This document shows, piece by piece, positions 1 through 13,028 of a stretch of 64,000 bases of DNA (positions within the stretch are counted from its first letter, which is position 1; each line of letters opens with the position of its first letter). The notes beneath the pieces were generated by a model that was not told where the DNA came from, did no database searches, and saw only the letters and a program-made list of their open reading frames with translations. The position numbers and the translations under genes are program-made. The stretch is from assembly GCA_028534125.1 (NCBI GenBank), contig CM052832.1:21640001-21704000 (forward strand). Reading direction: 5' to 3'. The stretch comes from Lama glama. Its lineage: Eukaryota.

Positions 1-3000
1 AGACACTTTTCTTTGCAAAGGTTGCATGATTTAATAAATTCCCATATGCCCCAACATGTGCCAGCACTACGAGGTTATCTCCAATCCAGCTGCTGTTATG
101 ATAGGAGCTGCCAACTTTCAGCCAACTGAAGAGAATAATGAATCAGCTGCAAGTTGGCTCGTATGTGAACTTCTTCTGCTCCCAGCTAAAACACAGGCCA
201 ACTTCAACCATAAAGAAAATTAATTAAAAAGCCTTCACCTCCGCTGTTTGTGCAACATGGCACGACAAATACCGCTGCATCAGTGGTTGGAGGGCCTGCA
301 GCTTCAGGTAAGATCCTATAGCTTGGATTTCAGTCTTAAATGCTGTCGGTTGTTTTTTTTTACAGATTGGATTTTTTGAGGAAATAGATCAGGAAATGTC
401 TTGTGTCCCTAAATTTGTAACATGAATATTCGAGAAGCCTCACACTGCTGGAGAATAAATAAATGAGACTTTTGTTTGTTAAAGGCTCATTACAAAAAAC
501 GGACTTCAAAGGCTTCAGAGGAAACAAGAGGTAAATGAAAAGGGCCACATGTACACAGAAGCTAAAAAACAGAAGAACAGAGCACCAGACGCACAACTTT
601 GAGTGAGAGCCACTGTCTAAATGAGCGTGATGCATAAAACAGTGGTAGTGTTAGACCCTCGTTCTAAGAATGACAATACTGCATTAAATTTTGATTAAAA
701 ACTGGACAGAACAATTTTGTGCGGATCAGTTATCCAGACTAGGGGTTCTATAGAAACCTCTGAAACTTGGATGTTTCCAATAAGCACGAATCTAATGTGG
801 CATAAAGCTATGCTAGTTTTTTTTATAGGGGAAAGTAAACACGTAGAGCAGAAGTCTGCTTATAATTTTCCATTTATTTCTAAATGCCCATCATAGTTGG
901 AAATGACTCCCTGGATGGATGGACTTCCCTGAGGACAGGAAAACTTACCCACTGAGGAGCAGAGTTAGGTCAGAGAGTTCTCACAGGAGTGAGGCTCCAC
1001 TGTTTCTCACAAGCAACAGAATGGACTGGATGAGACATACAATTCTTTGGTGCTGATGAACTGTCTAAAACTATATATAGCCCAGAGTTAATTTTTAAAA
1101 CATCACCTGGAGATGCTAACTGTCTTAACTTCTATTCTACAATTCCAGTGATTCACAGCACTTGAAACTGAAATTGTGGATGGATGGGTGAGACGGGGTG
1201 TCTTCTCCAGGCATCTCTAATTTCCTCTTTCTGGGATCTCCAGTATTTCCAACCCTGGAGCCCTGGGTAGATTACTTGGCTCTGGAGTCTTCCAGACAGT
1301 TGGGATAGTTCTAGAAAAGCCACATGGATGCCTCAGGGTAGTTCAGAAACCAAAGAAATAACAATGAGCTTAGCGCTGTTTTCTCAAATCCTTTGATGTG
1401 ATCATCTTTTGACCCCTATTTAGCTCATGGATGCTGTTGAAACTGTTCAAGATGCAACAGATTTAAAAGGTCCAACTCTGGAGTAACACAAAAGGCTAGA
1501 CCTTGTTGAGAAGTCATTGCCTAGTTAAGCAGTCGCAGTAATTCCCCCAAACAACTGAGTCAGCACTCACCCAAACGGAGGTGGAGAAGTGTTGATTCCT
1601 TAATCTCCTTGAATCACATCAGTGTAACTTTTGGAAAGTGTTCTAGTCTACTCTGCATAACAGGATGCATGCCTACACTCGGAAAAATCTTGTGCAACAG
1701 CTATGAACTGTGTGCACCATCTGCTACTGCTCTAGTAAGCAAGAGGCAAGAAACTTCACAGGTGTAAGTATTTATTTGCAGTTTTGAAAACATGCCATTT
1801 ACCAGTGCCAGCGTGCCCAAAAGGTCTCTCTTCCATGACACAAGTTTACCTATAACAAGCTAGAAATAAATGCAAAGGAGGGACAGGCCAATGAGAGACA
1901 TCCAACATAAACATTCTTACTCTTCAGCCTTGCCCTCAGTTCTGTTCAAGATCAGGAAGTATTAGAGATGAGAGAGATCCATCATTATTCTGTTTTCTAC
2001 TGTGAAAGTTGTATATACTCAATGAGTATACAAGTAAAATTCATCCTAGAATAAATATACTTTCTACTGACTGATTTGAATATTCAAACAATTAGCTGTA
2101 TTTGCTTGAATGCACACTACGTGTCTTTATTTCTGGTGGTGAGGATAATCAAGACATGCCGGGGGTGGGGGTAGGGGTGGGGGACATATAAAGGGAAGAT
2201 GAGGAAGGACAGAGAAAGAAAATAGAAGAAAAAGATTTTTAAAAGATTTGTATACAGTCAGGACAAGCGATTAACTGAAGGTGGAAAAAATAATTGCTTC
2301 CAATTTGTATAAAGCAATCATATCCATGTAGTACTCGGTACAAAGGTACATAATTATAAACAAGAAGATGGAAATAAAGAGTTATATTTTAATTAAGAAA
2401 CACAACAGAGGGAAAAATTATGGGAAAAAATTGTGGAAAGTAGGAAGAGCCACGCCACAAATATGCCAAGATAAATGACACAGCCCCAGAGGGGGGAACA
2501 GGGCCCCAGACTTGAGAACTTCGCGATGACCTTGGCCTGCACCATTTCCTGCCTTGTATAATCACAGAAGGCATTCAGTGTTTGGTGATGATGAGAAGTG
2601 GGATTTTGAAGAATATAATTATAGGCTGCAAGTGTTTTCTGTGGAAACAAAATTATCATTCACGTCTGAGACTGGGTAAATATGCCTTAATTTTGGTCCA
2701 TGGCAACTTGAACTTTAAAAAAACAGAATCCCCAAACCGCCTTATACATCTCAATTCTTCAAGAATACTCCAGGGATAAGTGTGTAGAGGCAGAAACATT
2801 CTCAGATCCTCTTCAAAAAATGCTATTTTGTATAAAATTATCTCTTTTGTAGTGACATGATTTGAGCTACCTCCATATCAAAAGCAGCTGACAACTTCAG
2901 AAGGCCACATTAAAGAAGGTTTAAGCAGAGCAAAGCTAAGGCAGTTTTCATCTGCTAGGTCAGGTAGAGAGACATCACTGCGCACATAACCTTAGAGAGA

Positions 3001-3236
3001 TGGGGGACTGGCTGCCAGTGAACGGCGTGTGATGCCCAGATGGAAGGTGCATGTAAACTGAGGGGAGAGAAGAAACCACATCAAGGGTGTCTAAGGAACA
3101 CTGAAAGGCTTTGAAAGCTTCGAAAGTCTTGCCTCTTTCTCTGTACCTTTAATTGTGGCTACCGTCAGCGCATTTTTGCCACATGCTTTTAAAAGAAAAA
3201 AGAAATGGTTATTTTCTTAAGTGCTAACAGACTTAC

Positions 3237-3382
3237 TTCTCTTTCAGAAAATCCACGACTCTTTTGAAGTCAGCCACGCAGTATTCTCTTTTCATTTCCA
3301 TGAGCACCGTGTCAGAGGCAGACTGGACCGGTATGTGCAAGAAAGCATAGACTCGGGGATGATTGAGGATTTTTGCCATTTC
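3237..3382 (-). CDS. CDKAL1: CDKAL1 internal coding exon (146 nt; probably orthologous to human exon 11)
   Basis: Translates as [48 protein letters not shown](K), with the MiaB/MtaB-family HIPVQS motif. Acceptor ttttctccttccatctatttaaag|GAA, donor AA|gtaagt. Its phase 0 start joins the 29771 exon in frame. It is absent from the ORF track. Confidence 0.97.
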
Positions 3383-3864
3383 CTTTAAATAGATGGAAGG
3401 AGAAAACATTCATCATTTTCACAAATCAGGGAATGGTCTCCCTCAGATGAACACTCACAAGTGTTAAGCAAACAGCATAGCTGAAAACAGACCAATCAGC
3501 TAGGATCTCAGAATGAATGTCACCTGCATCACTCCGGGATGACAAGTGGGAATTTCACATTGCTTTTGGAGGATTTCATGTAAGAGTTATATCCTCATGG
3601 TCACTACTCTCTTAGGTGACAAAACAGAGATAAACGCATGTGATGTCTGAAGAGTAAGAAGGTTTCTGAGTACTTCCAAATAAACACCACTCTTCCCTTG
3701 CCTCAAAGCATTTTCTATTCTGCCTTCTTCCATTAGCAGGAGGAACAGCAATATTTAAGGCGAACTGTCGAAGCCATGCGGTCCTGTGTACTTGAATAAA
3801 GTTCCCAAATTCAGAGTAAGTCAACACTTTTTTTTAAATACCTATAACTCCCCGGTTTCTTTTT

Positions 3865-4274
3865 TTTTTTTAACATTATTTATTGATTTATAATCATTTT
3901 ACAATGTTGTGTCAAATTCCAGAGTAGAGTATAATTTTTCAGTTATACATGAACATACATTCATTGTCACGTTTTTTTCTCCATGAGCTACCATAAGATC
4001 TTGTGTATATTTCCCTGTACTATACAATATAATCTTGTTTATCTATTCAACAATTTTGAAATCCCGTCTATCCCTTCCCACCCTCCGCCCCCTTGGCAAC
4101 CACAAGTTTGTATTCTATGTCTATGAGTCTATTTCTGTTTTGTATTTATGCTTTCTTTGTTTGTTTGTTTGTTTTTTTAGATTCCACATATGAGTGATCT
4201 CATATGGTATTTTTCTTCCTCTTTCTGGCTTACTTCACTTAGAACAACATTCTCCAGGAGCAACCATGTTGCTG
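3865..4274 (-). mobile_element. Young 5'-truncated LINE-1 3' end (lineage-specific subfamily)
   Basis: Poly-T head and L1 3' UTR text. It is the reverse-complement match of 38920-39339. TSD ccc(g/t)gtttcttttt at 3851-3864 and 4275-4288. Confidence 0.92.
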
Positions 4275-4376
4275 CCCTGTTTCTTTTTCAGGTAGTTAGT
4301 GAACACTTATGTTTGAGTACTACCATGCAAAAGGCATGGTATCAGACAGTGAAGCCAACCAGTTCACCCCTGGTCA

Positions 4377-4476
4377 NNNNNNNNNNNNNNNNNNNNNNNN
4401 NNNNNNNNNNNNNNNNNNNNNNNNNNNNNNNNNNNNNNNNNNNNNNNNNNNNNNNNNNNNNNNNNNNNNNNNNNNN
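4377..4476. other. Assembly gap (100 N)
   Basis: Run of exactly 100 N. Confidence 0.99.
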
Positions 4477-5469
4477 CTGGAAACAAAACCATAGATGTGA
4501 GCAATAAGTAAAAATGTGACTAATTAATGGCCCATCAATGGCGGGGAAGGAAAAAGGTTGGGGGGAGGGAGAAGGGGAGGGAGACGGGTGCGTACGAGCG
4601 CAGAATCCAGAAGAGATAAAAATGTCCAGAGAGGGGCTGCCCTTCAACAACCTGAGTGTGTCCCACAGTTCTGAGTTTTCATAGTCCTGCACTAGCAGTT
4701 CTATTATCTCACTTCATCGTTAGAACAATATTTTGAGGGATTTTACAGAGTCAAAGAGCCACCTAATTCCACAGTGACCTCTTAGCTATTCAGGGGTCAG
4801 TCATGCATTTTTATCACCCGTGTCCTTTGATCCTCTATTTTCTTTCCACTGACTATGAATGTTAGTATTTTCACCAAAGTGGAAGAAAAGAATGACTAAT
4901 TCAAACCACTCACCTTCTTAGCATCTGTTTAAAAAAAAAATCCTTCAGACTAAGAAATTCAAACAACCAAATGACATTACTCATGGATATTCTTTATCTA
5001 TCTTCTCTACCAGGAATTTACAGGTAGATAACCTTGTTATATACAGATAAATAACTAAACTGAAACTGGAGTTGATGAATATTTTATTTAGCAGAAAAAT
5101 AAGTAGCTAACACATTATCTGAAGATGTCCTTCACAAAACAGTGACATTTCTTTGCTGGGTATTTAGTCAGAAGGCTCTGCACCTCCTCACTCAGCATCT
5201 TCCCTGGATAAGGCTGTGGGAGGCAGGGCAACCTTTATCACTGCGGACCCTATAGTAACTGTGTTGGCCTTCTGTTTTGATTCTCTGCCTTTCAAGTTTT
5301 TCACACCTGAATATCAAGATTCTCCAACAGTGGAAGGGAAAAAAAACTGTACAAAAAAACCTTTGTTTTCTAAAGGGGCAGGACTCAGTTTTAACTAACT
5401 TTCAACATACATGCTGCGGTAAAAAAGCAGCACACCTTAACAAATCACACAATTTGTGAAACGGAATTT

Positions 5470-5615
5470 CACTCAATCTCTGTGCCTTGGTTTTCTCATC
5501 TGCAGAATGGAGATACTAGTAATACCCACCTCATAGGGCTGCTGGGCTACTGCGAAAATTAAATAAGATAATCCAGTACGTGCTTGTATGTAAGCACTCA
5601 ACACATAAATGATGT
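5470..5615 (+). mobile_element. MIR SINE fragment
   Basis: MIR core ctctgtgccttggttttctcatctgcagaatggagatactagtaatacccacctcatagggctg. Confidence 0.85.
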
Positions 5616-7829
5616 AATAGTCTTCTTTGGAGAGTAAAGTTCATGGTAGCATTTTCATACACATTATGGGAACTTACCAATAAATAAAATAGCTTTTCAA
5701 CAATGTAATTCCCTTTACTAGTAAGTAAAGGAGCAGTAACTTGTACTGATTTGCAAAAAATAAATTTGAAAGGGGTTCCCAGCAAACATGACCCCGGGCC
5801 AGAAAGGGCAGAGCGGTTTCTGCTGGAAACACGCAGGGCGGCCTACTACTGTAAACAGGATGCTGTGCAGATGAAGTGCTGTCTTGTTCCAGTGTGGCAA
5901 TTTACAAATTAAAGCGTTAATAGCTAGCAAGGAGAATAAATCTGGTGGGTTTTTTCCCTTTGGCTCTCAAAATAAGATTCCCCACTAGTAATTATCTACA
6001 GCTTCATACTACAGACTTTGCAACTTTATAATGGTAGGCACTAGAACATAAAAGTGAAAAAGACCAAAAACAACTTGCCCCTTAATCAAAGTCTGCATTT
6101 CTCCTACGAAAAGGATCACAACTTAACACAGATTAATGCACCCCAAAGAGACAAAGCACTTATTTTCTGCTTCGTTTTTCCTTCTGTTCTTCTTCTCACT
6201 CAGCACTGTTGGTTAAGAATAACCTCTGGTCTCCTCCCCTTCAAAAATTCCCTATTTTTATTGTTCAGCTTAGAGTTACAGGTTCAGTGCAAGAGACTCC
6301 TCCTTCCTCTATGACTCTACAGCAGTCTGTTCCCGGCGTGACCGAAGTATTTCCTTGGTACAACCTTGCAACATGATAGTGAGCCTGTAACAGGGAGCTC
6401 GAGGAGAACAGGGGTTGTTTTCCTCGTCTCTCTGGATCCCTGCAAGGACTAGCACCGGGCTAAGCACGCTGCCGAACATGGACACACACGTGTGAGTCAG
6501 AAACTTCATCAACCTGAGAAGAAAGACATTCAAAATACAGCTGCTATTTGATAGGAAGTCAAATTTTTAATTAGTAATAGTTCCATTTGGCTAAAGCAGG
6601 TTAAAAAAGCACTTATTAAAGCAGGTAAACAAGCATATAATCAGCCTGCCTTCATTTTTGGAACAGTGAAAAATTATCTATGAATATATAAGTAAATACA
6701 TACATAAGATCAGGCACTCTATAGGTAGTCCCACCAGGGGCTGTATTTCTAAAAGGCTGTTGGAGCTTTGGATTGGAATCACAATGTATATTCTTACTGA
6801 AATAATTTATAAATGGGGTACAGGGTGCAGGTTAACCAAGAATGGCAGCCACAAGCAACCTGAGGCTCTGAGCTGGGTAAGAGAGTCTGCAGAGACAGGC
6901 AGGGGTGTGAGGGCACGTGTGCACACAGGCGTGTGTAGGTCTCGTGTCTGTGAGCACACATGCATGTCTCTCGAGGAGCGCCGGTAGTACCTAGCATAGA
7001 AAAGGTATCTATTTTAATAAAAAGGTCATTTTTAATTTCAGGGTTGATGGATCAAGGCTGCTTAAAATATAGATGGTGACTATTTTATTGGCAAGGGCCA
7101 GAGAATGGCTAAAAGATCAACAAAACATTATTCCTGGCTGGTGTTTTCACATGGAGCTCTCCTATTACAAGCTGGTAATCATCTTGGTGTTGGTTAATTT
7201 TTAATGAACTTGAAAAGCAAAGATAAAAACAATGAATGAAAACAGGCTTACTTTTAAAAAGCAATCTTATGTATGGTACATTTTTAAAAGAAATGTTAAA
7301 CCTCATTTTTATCGCCTTGCAGTGATCAAATTAACCATCGTATTCTTCCTGGTTTTGAACATATAAAACTGCTTAACAAAGTCACTCAGTGTGTGAGACT
7401 ATAAAATAAATTAATACTTGCATTCAGATGTCTCTGCGCTCACAATGACAGTTATCAGTCAGAAGCCCTCTCAGACTGTAGCTTTGTTAGGAAGTATATG
7501 CATATTTAAAATGCTAAACTTTACATTGTTATTTTTTTCAACTAATCTAAGATATATGATGAAGCAAGAAAAAAAAAGACAACCTATATCATTACCATTA
7601 AGTATTTTAAATACAGTTTGAGATATAACTCACAATCCATATAATTCACCCATAAAAAGTATGTAATTAAATGTTTCTTAGAATATTTACAATATGGTAT
7701 ATAGCTTGCCTGGAAAATTCTTATTTATCATTCAAAATTAAACTCCATTCGGAGTGAAACCTTCTGTGGCCCACGTAACCCTGTTCTACTCCTATAACTG
7801 ATACATACTTCCATTCCCATATTTATTGT

Positions 7830-7967
7830 AAACTGGTTAAGAAAAAGGATTCAGCAGTCTGACAGGCTTAGGGCCTATATTCAGTTATTCCACTAACTGC
7901 TCTTCATCCTGGACATATTATTTTAAATGTCTCCAAGTGTTAGTTTTCTTTGGTTATAAAATGATAA
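7830..7967 (+). mobile_element. MIR SINE 5' part (continues at about 8602-8695 after the MLT1 insertion)
   Basis: Degenerate MIR core ending gttttctttggttataaaatg. MIR-like 3' text resumes with aagtgctcagctgagtgcctgacaca. Confidence 0.55.
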
Positions 7968-8601
7968 TGTGTCAGCAGAAAGCATTAGGCTATGCTGTAT
8001 AACAAATAATCTCAAAAATCTCAGTGGCTCCTAACAACAGAAATGTAGTATGTGCTCATGTTACGTCTTTGTCATGATTAGGCTGAAGCTCTGTTCAAGT
8101 TGCCTCCACTTCCAGACTCGGAATGTGCAAGAAGCAGGGAGAAAAGAGAGACATACTGAGACAGGAAGGAAGGAGGCAGGGCACAGCCATTCAATGAATG
8201 ACACAGCAATTAACGCCAAGATGATGGAAAATTCAACTCCCATTAGGCCTTGAGGCCTAAGATGGTGGGAGATTTGACCAAGTAATAAATCTACTTTTAC
8301 TCAGCTGTGGCTCACTTTTGAATCCTTGTGAAGCCAAGGACCCACAATTGGTGGGGCGCGTCCCAGGGACTCAACCAAGACCTGAGACATGGCCATCCTC
8401 TTGCCCCACATTTTCCTGTATCAATACTGAATCACTGGCTTTAAACCTTCTGCCCGGAAATAGCTCCTACCACTTCTGCCCACATGTCACTGACCCGTGC
8501 GAGTCACATGGCTACTCCTGAGTTTAAGTAGACAGAGATTCTAATACTCCCACAGAGAGGGAAACCAGAATATTTGGTAAACAGTGATACAATCTACCAC
8601 A
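7968..8601 (-). mobile_element. Old MaLR LTR (MLT1I/J/K-like), interrupted by a younger solo LTR
   Basis: taggctatgctgtataacaaataatctcaaaaatctcagtggc, and acttctgcccacatgtcactgacc..agtcacatggc, are typical of reverse-strand MLT1. Confidence 0.75.
8157..8423 (+). mobile_element. Short ERV solo LTR (267 nt, ERV1-like)
   Basis: TG..CA ends with near-perfect inverted termini TGAGACAGG/CCTGTATCA, a 4-nt TSD ATAC (8153-8156, 8424-8427) and an internal AATAAA. Confidence 0.85.
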
Positions 8602-10299
8602 GAAGTAATAAAAATATCTACATCAGAGAGGGAAGGGTCAGACGAGATACATATCAAGTGCTCAGCTGAGTGCCTGACACAAGTCAGTGTGCCCTCATCA
8701 AAGCAGGCAGCTCTGTGTTTACATGTTTATAAAACGCAGGGGAGGTTACTGCCATCTTTGTACCCCCAATCCCAGAAATATACTTTGATGTTTAATAAAT
8801 GCTTGCTTAGCTGCATCATTTTACATACCAAGCAACTGCAACAAGAGCAGTTAAATCATTAGAACATTCTTTCTACTCTATACCACGTAACACATGAAAC
8901 AAAAGCCCTTTAGTTAGGCTCATTTGGGATAATCAGACTATACACAAATGAGAGTTAAGTATTTTTCCATCAATCTTTTAACATCTGCATTTCTACTGGA
9001 TTCTTTAACTATTTCTATCATGTTTAAGAGAAGCCCAAAGAAGAAATGTCTATGCTCAATCTAACGGGGCTGCAGGCACTATTCCCATTAAACTGACCAG
9101 GTATTGATTTGTTCTTTTAAAGAGAATGTTTGGTAGACAAGGTCTTTTTTTTAATGGAAAAAAATTAAAACATGTACCTGTTCATATTATATAATGTTGG
9201 AATCACAACAAATTCTACTGTTAGCTTTCCTCTTTGTTATTTTATTTTAAAATGAATATGGTAAAATTTACTTTTTCATCTATGTTCAGTTTCATGAAAT
9301 TTAACCTATGTGTAGATTCACAAAACCATCACCACAATCAGGATATAAGAACTCTCTTTTGATTTCTTCTCCTTAGCAGAGCAGAATAATAATTTTAAAG
9401 TAAAATCAAACACTGATAATATCAGTTGAAAATAAATGTGTGTATAATCACAACTCTTAGCATTTTGACATAGTATTGATGTATATTTTTATCTTTGTAA
9501 TTTAAAGTTTGATTATCGACTCTGACACTAAGTTGCCTCTGACACTTAGTTGCCTCTGAGATGATGTGGTGATGGTAAAGGGGCACTGGAGTCCTTTTAA
9601 CATTTCTATGAAAGCTAATTAGAATAGACATTTTGTCTCAACTTATTTTAATGCAAACACTGAAAATGTTAACTCTTTGCAGTTTAGAAGTGAATTTCCT
9701 GTTCTAAGTAAGTTATAGATCAAATGTAAATTAGAATCTGTTCACAGTTATCTACTCCTTTTCATTTGGGCTATAAGGATTGGAAATGTTCTCTTTTTAT
9801 GCTTCCTCCTTGACTTTCTGATGCCATTAATGGTAATTTATTTTTAGATTGCTGAGAGTAAATGCAGGTGCTGGTAATTCACTGAGTGGCAGTTACAGTG
9901 TCATTAATGAAGCAATGGGTGAAATATGACTCTGGTCTTATTTTATCTTGACTTATATGACTTTGGGAGTGTTGAAGGTGACTCTAGAAATAGGATCTCC
10001 TAGAACACAGGCACTGTCGTTTTGACCTTCACCTAGAAGTCTTTGTAGGATTCATTCAAAAATAACCATGTTGCTTAATCAACTGGGTCATTCAATCATT
10101 CATTCATTCATGCAACTCTAATTTAGCTATTTAAGCACCAGGCATTAAGCAAGGAGACAGACAAACAAGATACACTCTTGGCGTATGAGCATGCATGGTA
10201 AACTGTAGGCCAGGGAAATAAGTGATAATTGAAGTCTGTACAGTGTACATTGGCACAGACAGTAAAACTGCCTGGAACAGCAGTAAGTAAAATAACATC

Positions 10300-10570
10300 A
10301 CATTGCTACAACAGGAATGAACATGAACACACTGCACTAAGTGAAATAAGCCAGACACTAAAGGACACATGTTGTGTGATTTCCCCCATGAGGTACCTAG
10401 AATAGTCACATTCATAGAGATGAGGGAGAAGAGAGGCAAGGGGAGTTATTGTTTAATGGGTATAGAATTTCGGTTTGGGACAATGAAAAAGTACGAGTGA
10501 TGGGTAGTGGTGATGGTTGCGTAACATTATAAACGTACTTAATGTCACTGAACGGTACACTCAAAAACAG
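10300..10570 (+). mobile_element. L1MB-like 3' end fragment
   Basis: ctaagtgaaataagccagacac..gaggtacctagaatagtcacattcatagaga..gatggttgcgtaacattataaacgtacttaatgtcactgaac. Confidence 0.85.
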
Positions 10571-11728
10571 TCAACAGGTAACATACGTAAGATCAAAGGC
10601 TGTATATTTTGTAAGAAATAATCCAGTGACCTGTCATATCAGCTCTGCTTTTTTTAGCCTAATAATATCAATTTTAACTTTAAAAGAACATTTAGGAAAA
10701 ATAAGAATTACATTTGGAGACCACTTAATGATTCTCTAGTCCTTTATTCTTTTATCAAATATATCAACTGTTAACATTATTCGTTGGAATAACTTTAAAG
10801 AGAGAATTGTTCGTTTGAGGTTTAGACTTACGGATCTTACAGACTTAAAGAGGCTAAATCTATTACATACTTTCAAAATAAAGATGCATAAAGTAATTAG
10901 TGTACATAATATAATGAAAAAACACTGCTCTTTTTCAAAATGAATATTTTTCTGCATTATAAAGTAATATATATTTATTTTTGAACTTTTGGAAAATAGA
11001 AAAATAGAAAAGAAAAACGAATCGCAGTTAAAGCAATCATTGTTAAAAGAAAAATTCATTACTCTTACTATCATCTTGAAACATTTAAATTATAAAACTA
11101 TGTATGATACCACTTGGTGGGTTCAGAAAAAGTAAAATGATTTTCAAAGACCAAAAGATTAAGCTAATAATATTTCGTGACAAATACATCGTTCAGTATG
11201 AACTTAATTTCTTCAAAAATGAAAGAAGAAAACCTTTCTTCTAAGCAGGGTCCAAATCACCCAGGCACTTACACTCAGGGGGCTAATAATGCTTTCACAT
11301 TAGCATAACAGGAGAGAAATCTGAATATGAAAACAACAAAGGAGAATCAGAGATAAGAATCAGCAAAACAGCTTATAATCATTCCTGAAGAAGTGATTAC
11401 CACTAGAGTAATGTTGTCCCTGGAGCTGTGATGAGAGAGCAGAAGAAGTAAACAGACATGAAAGAAATTTCTTTGTTCAAAAAGACACAAAAATGAGAAT
11501 GAAAGTAAAAGGAGAAAAGAGGGATGGGCAAGCCTTTCCCTACTCTCAAATTTATTGTAATACAAGGGAACTCTCAGAAACATAGACTATAATTGGCATG
11601 ATTGTTAGAGGAAAGAAGAAAACTCTCGGCACTCTCCGAATCACAATACCGTGAAGTGGTACAGTAGTAGCAGTAACAGTAGTAATAATGGTAATAGCAG
11701 GTAGCATCAACATGCTAGACATTTTGCT

Positions 11729-12359
11729 GATTAACAATGAAATCTGAGGGCGTCCCTGGGTACAAAAGCCCCTCTGTGTTCCCTCTTGTTTGTAGGGGGG
11801 AAAGAGGTTTTATTCCCCTTGGCCTTCCCCAAGTTCCAAAGAGTAGACTCCAGCAACTACTAACTAGGGAAGTGAGGGAATGCAAAAACAAAGGAAAAAC
11901 AGTCAAGCAAGAGAAGTAATAATAGCTTTAACAATAGTTCAGTGATAAAACAGTCTTAGTTCTTTCTCAAGGGATACATAACAATCTGAACACATTATCT
12001 TTGAGTTGATCCGCACAAACTAAGACCCACACCCAGGTGGAGGATGGTGATGACATGCTGACTGACCATAAGCATGTAGAATGGTTAGAACCGAATGTTG
12101 ATGATTAAGATTCCTGAAACATCACCCTGTTATATCACCATCAACTAATCAGAGGAAAGTCCACAAGCTGCAACCCTCACCTCAAATGTTGCCTTTAAAA
12201 ATCCTTCCCTGAAAGCATCAGGGAGTTCAGGTCTTCAGAGCATGAGCTGCCCATTCTCCTTGCTTGGTGCTCTGCAATAAATGCTGTACCTTCCCTCACT
12301 GTAACAGGGTGACAGCAGACTGGCGTTGCTGCGAGTCAGGTGAGCACTCACGAGTAACA
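11729..12359 (+). mobile_element. ERV LTR (solo, family not identified)
   Basis: LTR-like layout: TATA-like tttaaaa, then AATAAA near 12276, ending in taaca. No TSD resolved. Confidence 0.65.
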
Positions 12360-12492
12360 ACACGCATTATCTCACTTAAATTTCTGAACGAACCTAGAGA
12401 TTAGTTTTACTGAATCTAAGACTCAGAGAAGTGAATACCTTGCTCAAGGAACAATGGTACAGCTGGAGTATAAACACACTCACCCTGACCCT

Positions 12493-13028
12493 TGAAAGTT
12501 ACCAGAATAGACCATCCAAAATAGGCCTCTTTGGCATATGGATTATTTGGAGCTAGAGGCCACTGAGTATCAGCAGACCCAGGAAACCTCTAAAACCAGG
12601 AAAATTTCCATTTTTAAAGGAAGAACTTGGGAGGGGACTGTAAATATGGAAATTCTGTACTAGGAAGAGGGGAACAAAATTTTAACAACCCCTATCAATG
12701 GTGAAGGCAAGACTTGAATATGTATAACAAACTTTCCTAAACAATCCTCATTTACCACATTTTTTCTGGTCACCGTCCCAGAACTTGTCACCCAGGAGCT
12801 CCAAATCCAGGTTCTTTGGTTTCACGCATAAGATGGTACATAAACCCAAGCTCTAAACACCCTTTTGGGTTACTGATTGCTAGGTGCTTCCATGCATGTA
12901 AGTTGGAAGCACATGTTAATAAGCTTCTGTTTTTCTGCTGTTAGTCTACCTTTGGCCAGTCTAACGTAAAGAACTTCACCTGGAGAACCCAAGATGTGTA
13001 GAGGAAAAGATTTTCTTACTCCCCGTCA
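12493..13028 (+). mobile_element. MER34-like ERV1 LTR
   Basis: Starts tgaaag..ccaaaataggcctctttggcatatggattatttggagct (MER34-family signature) and ends ttttcttactccccgtca. Near-TSD ccct/ctct. Confidence 0.8.

Noticed and set aside
4190..4692. ORFs spanning the first gap
   Set aside because: They are artefacts of the N run and antisense L1 sequence
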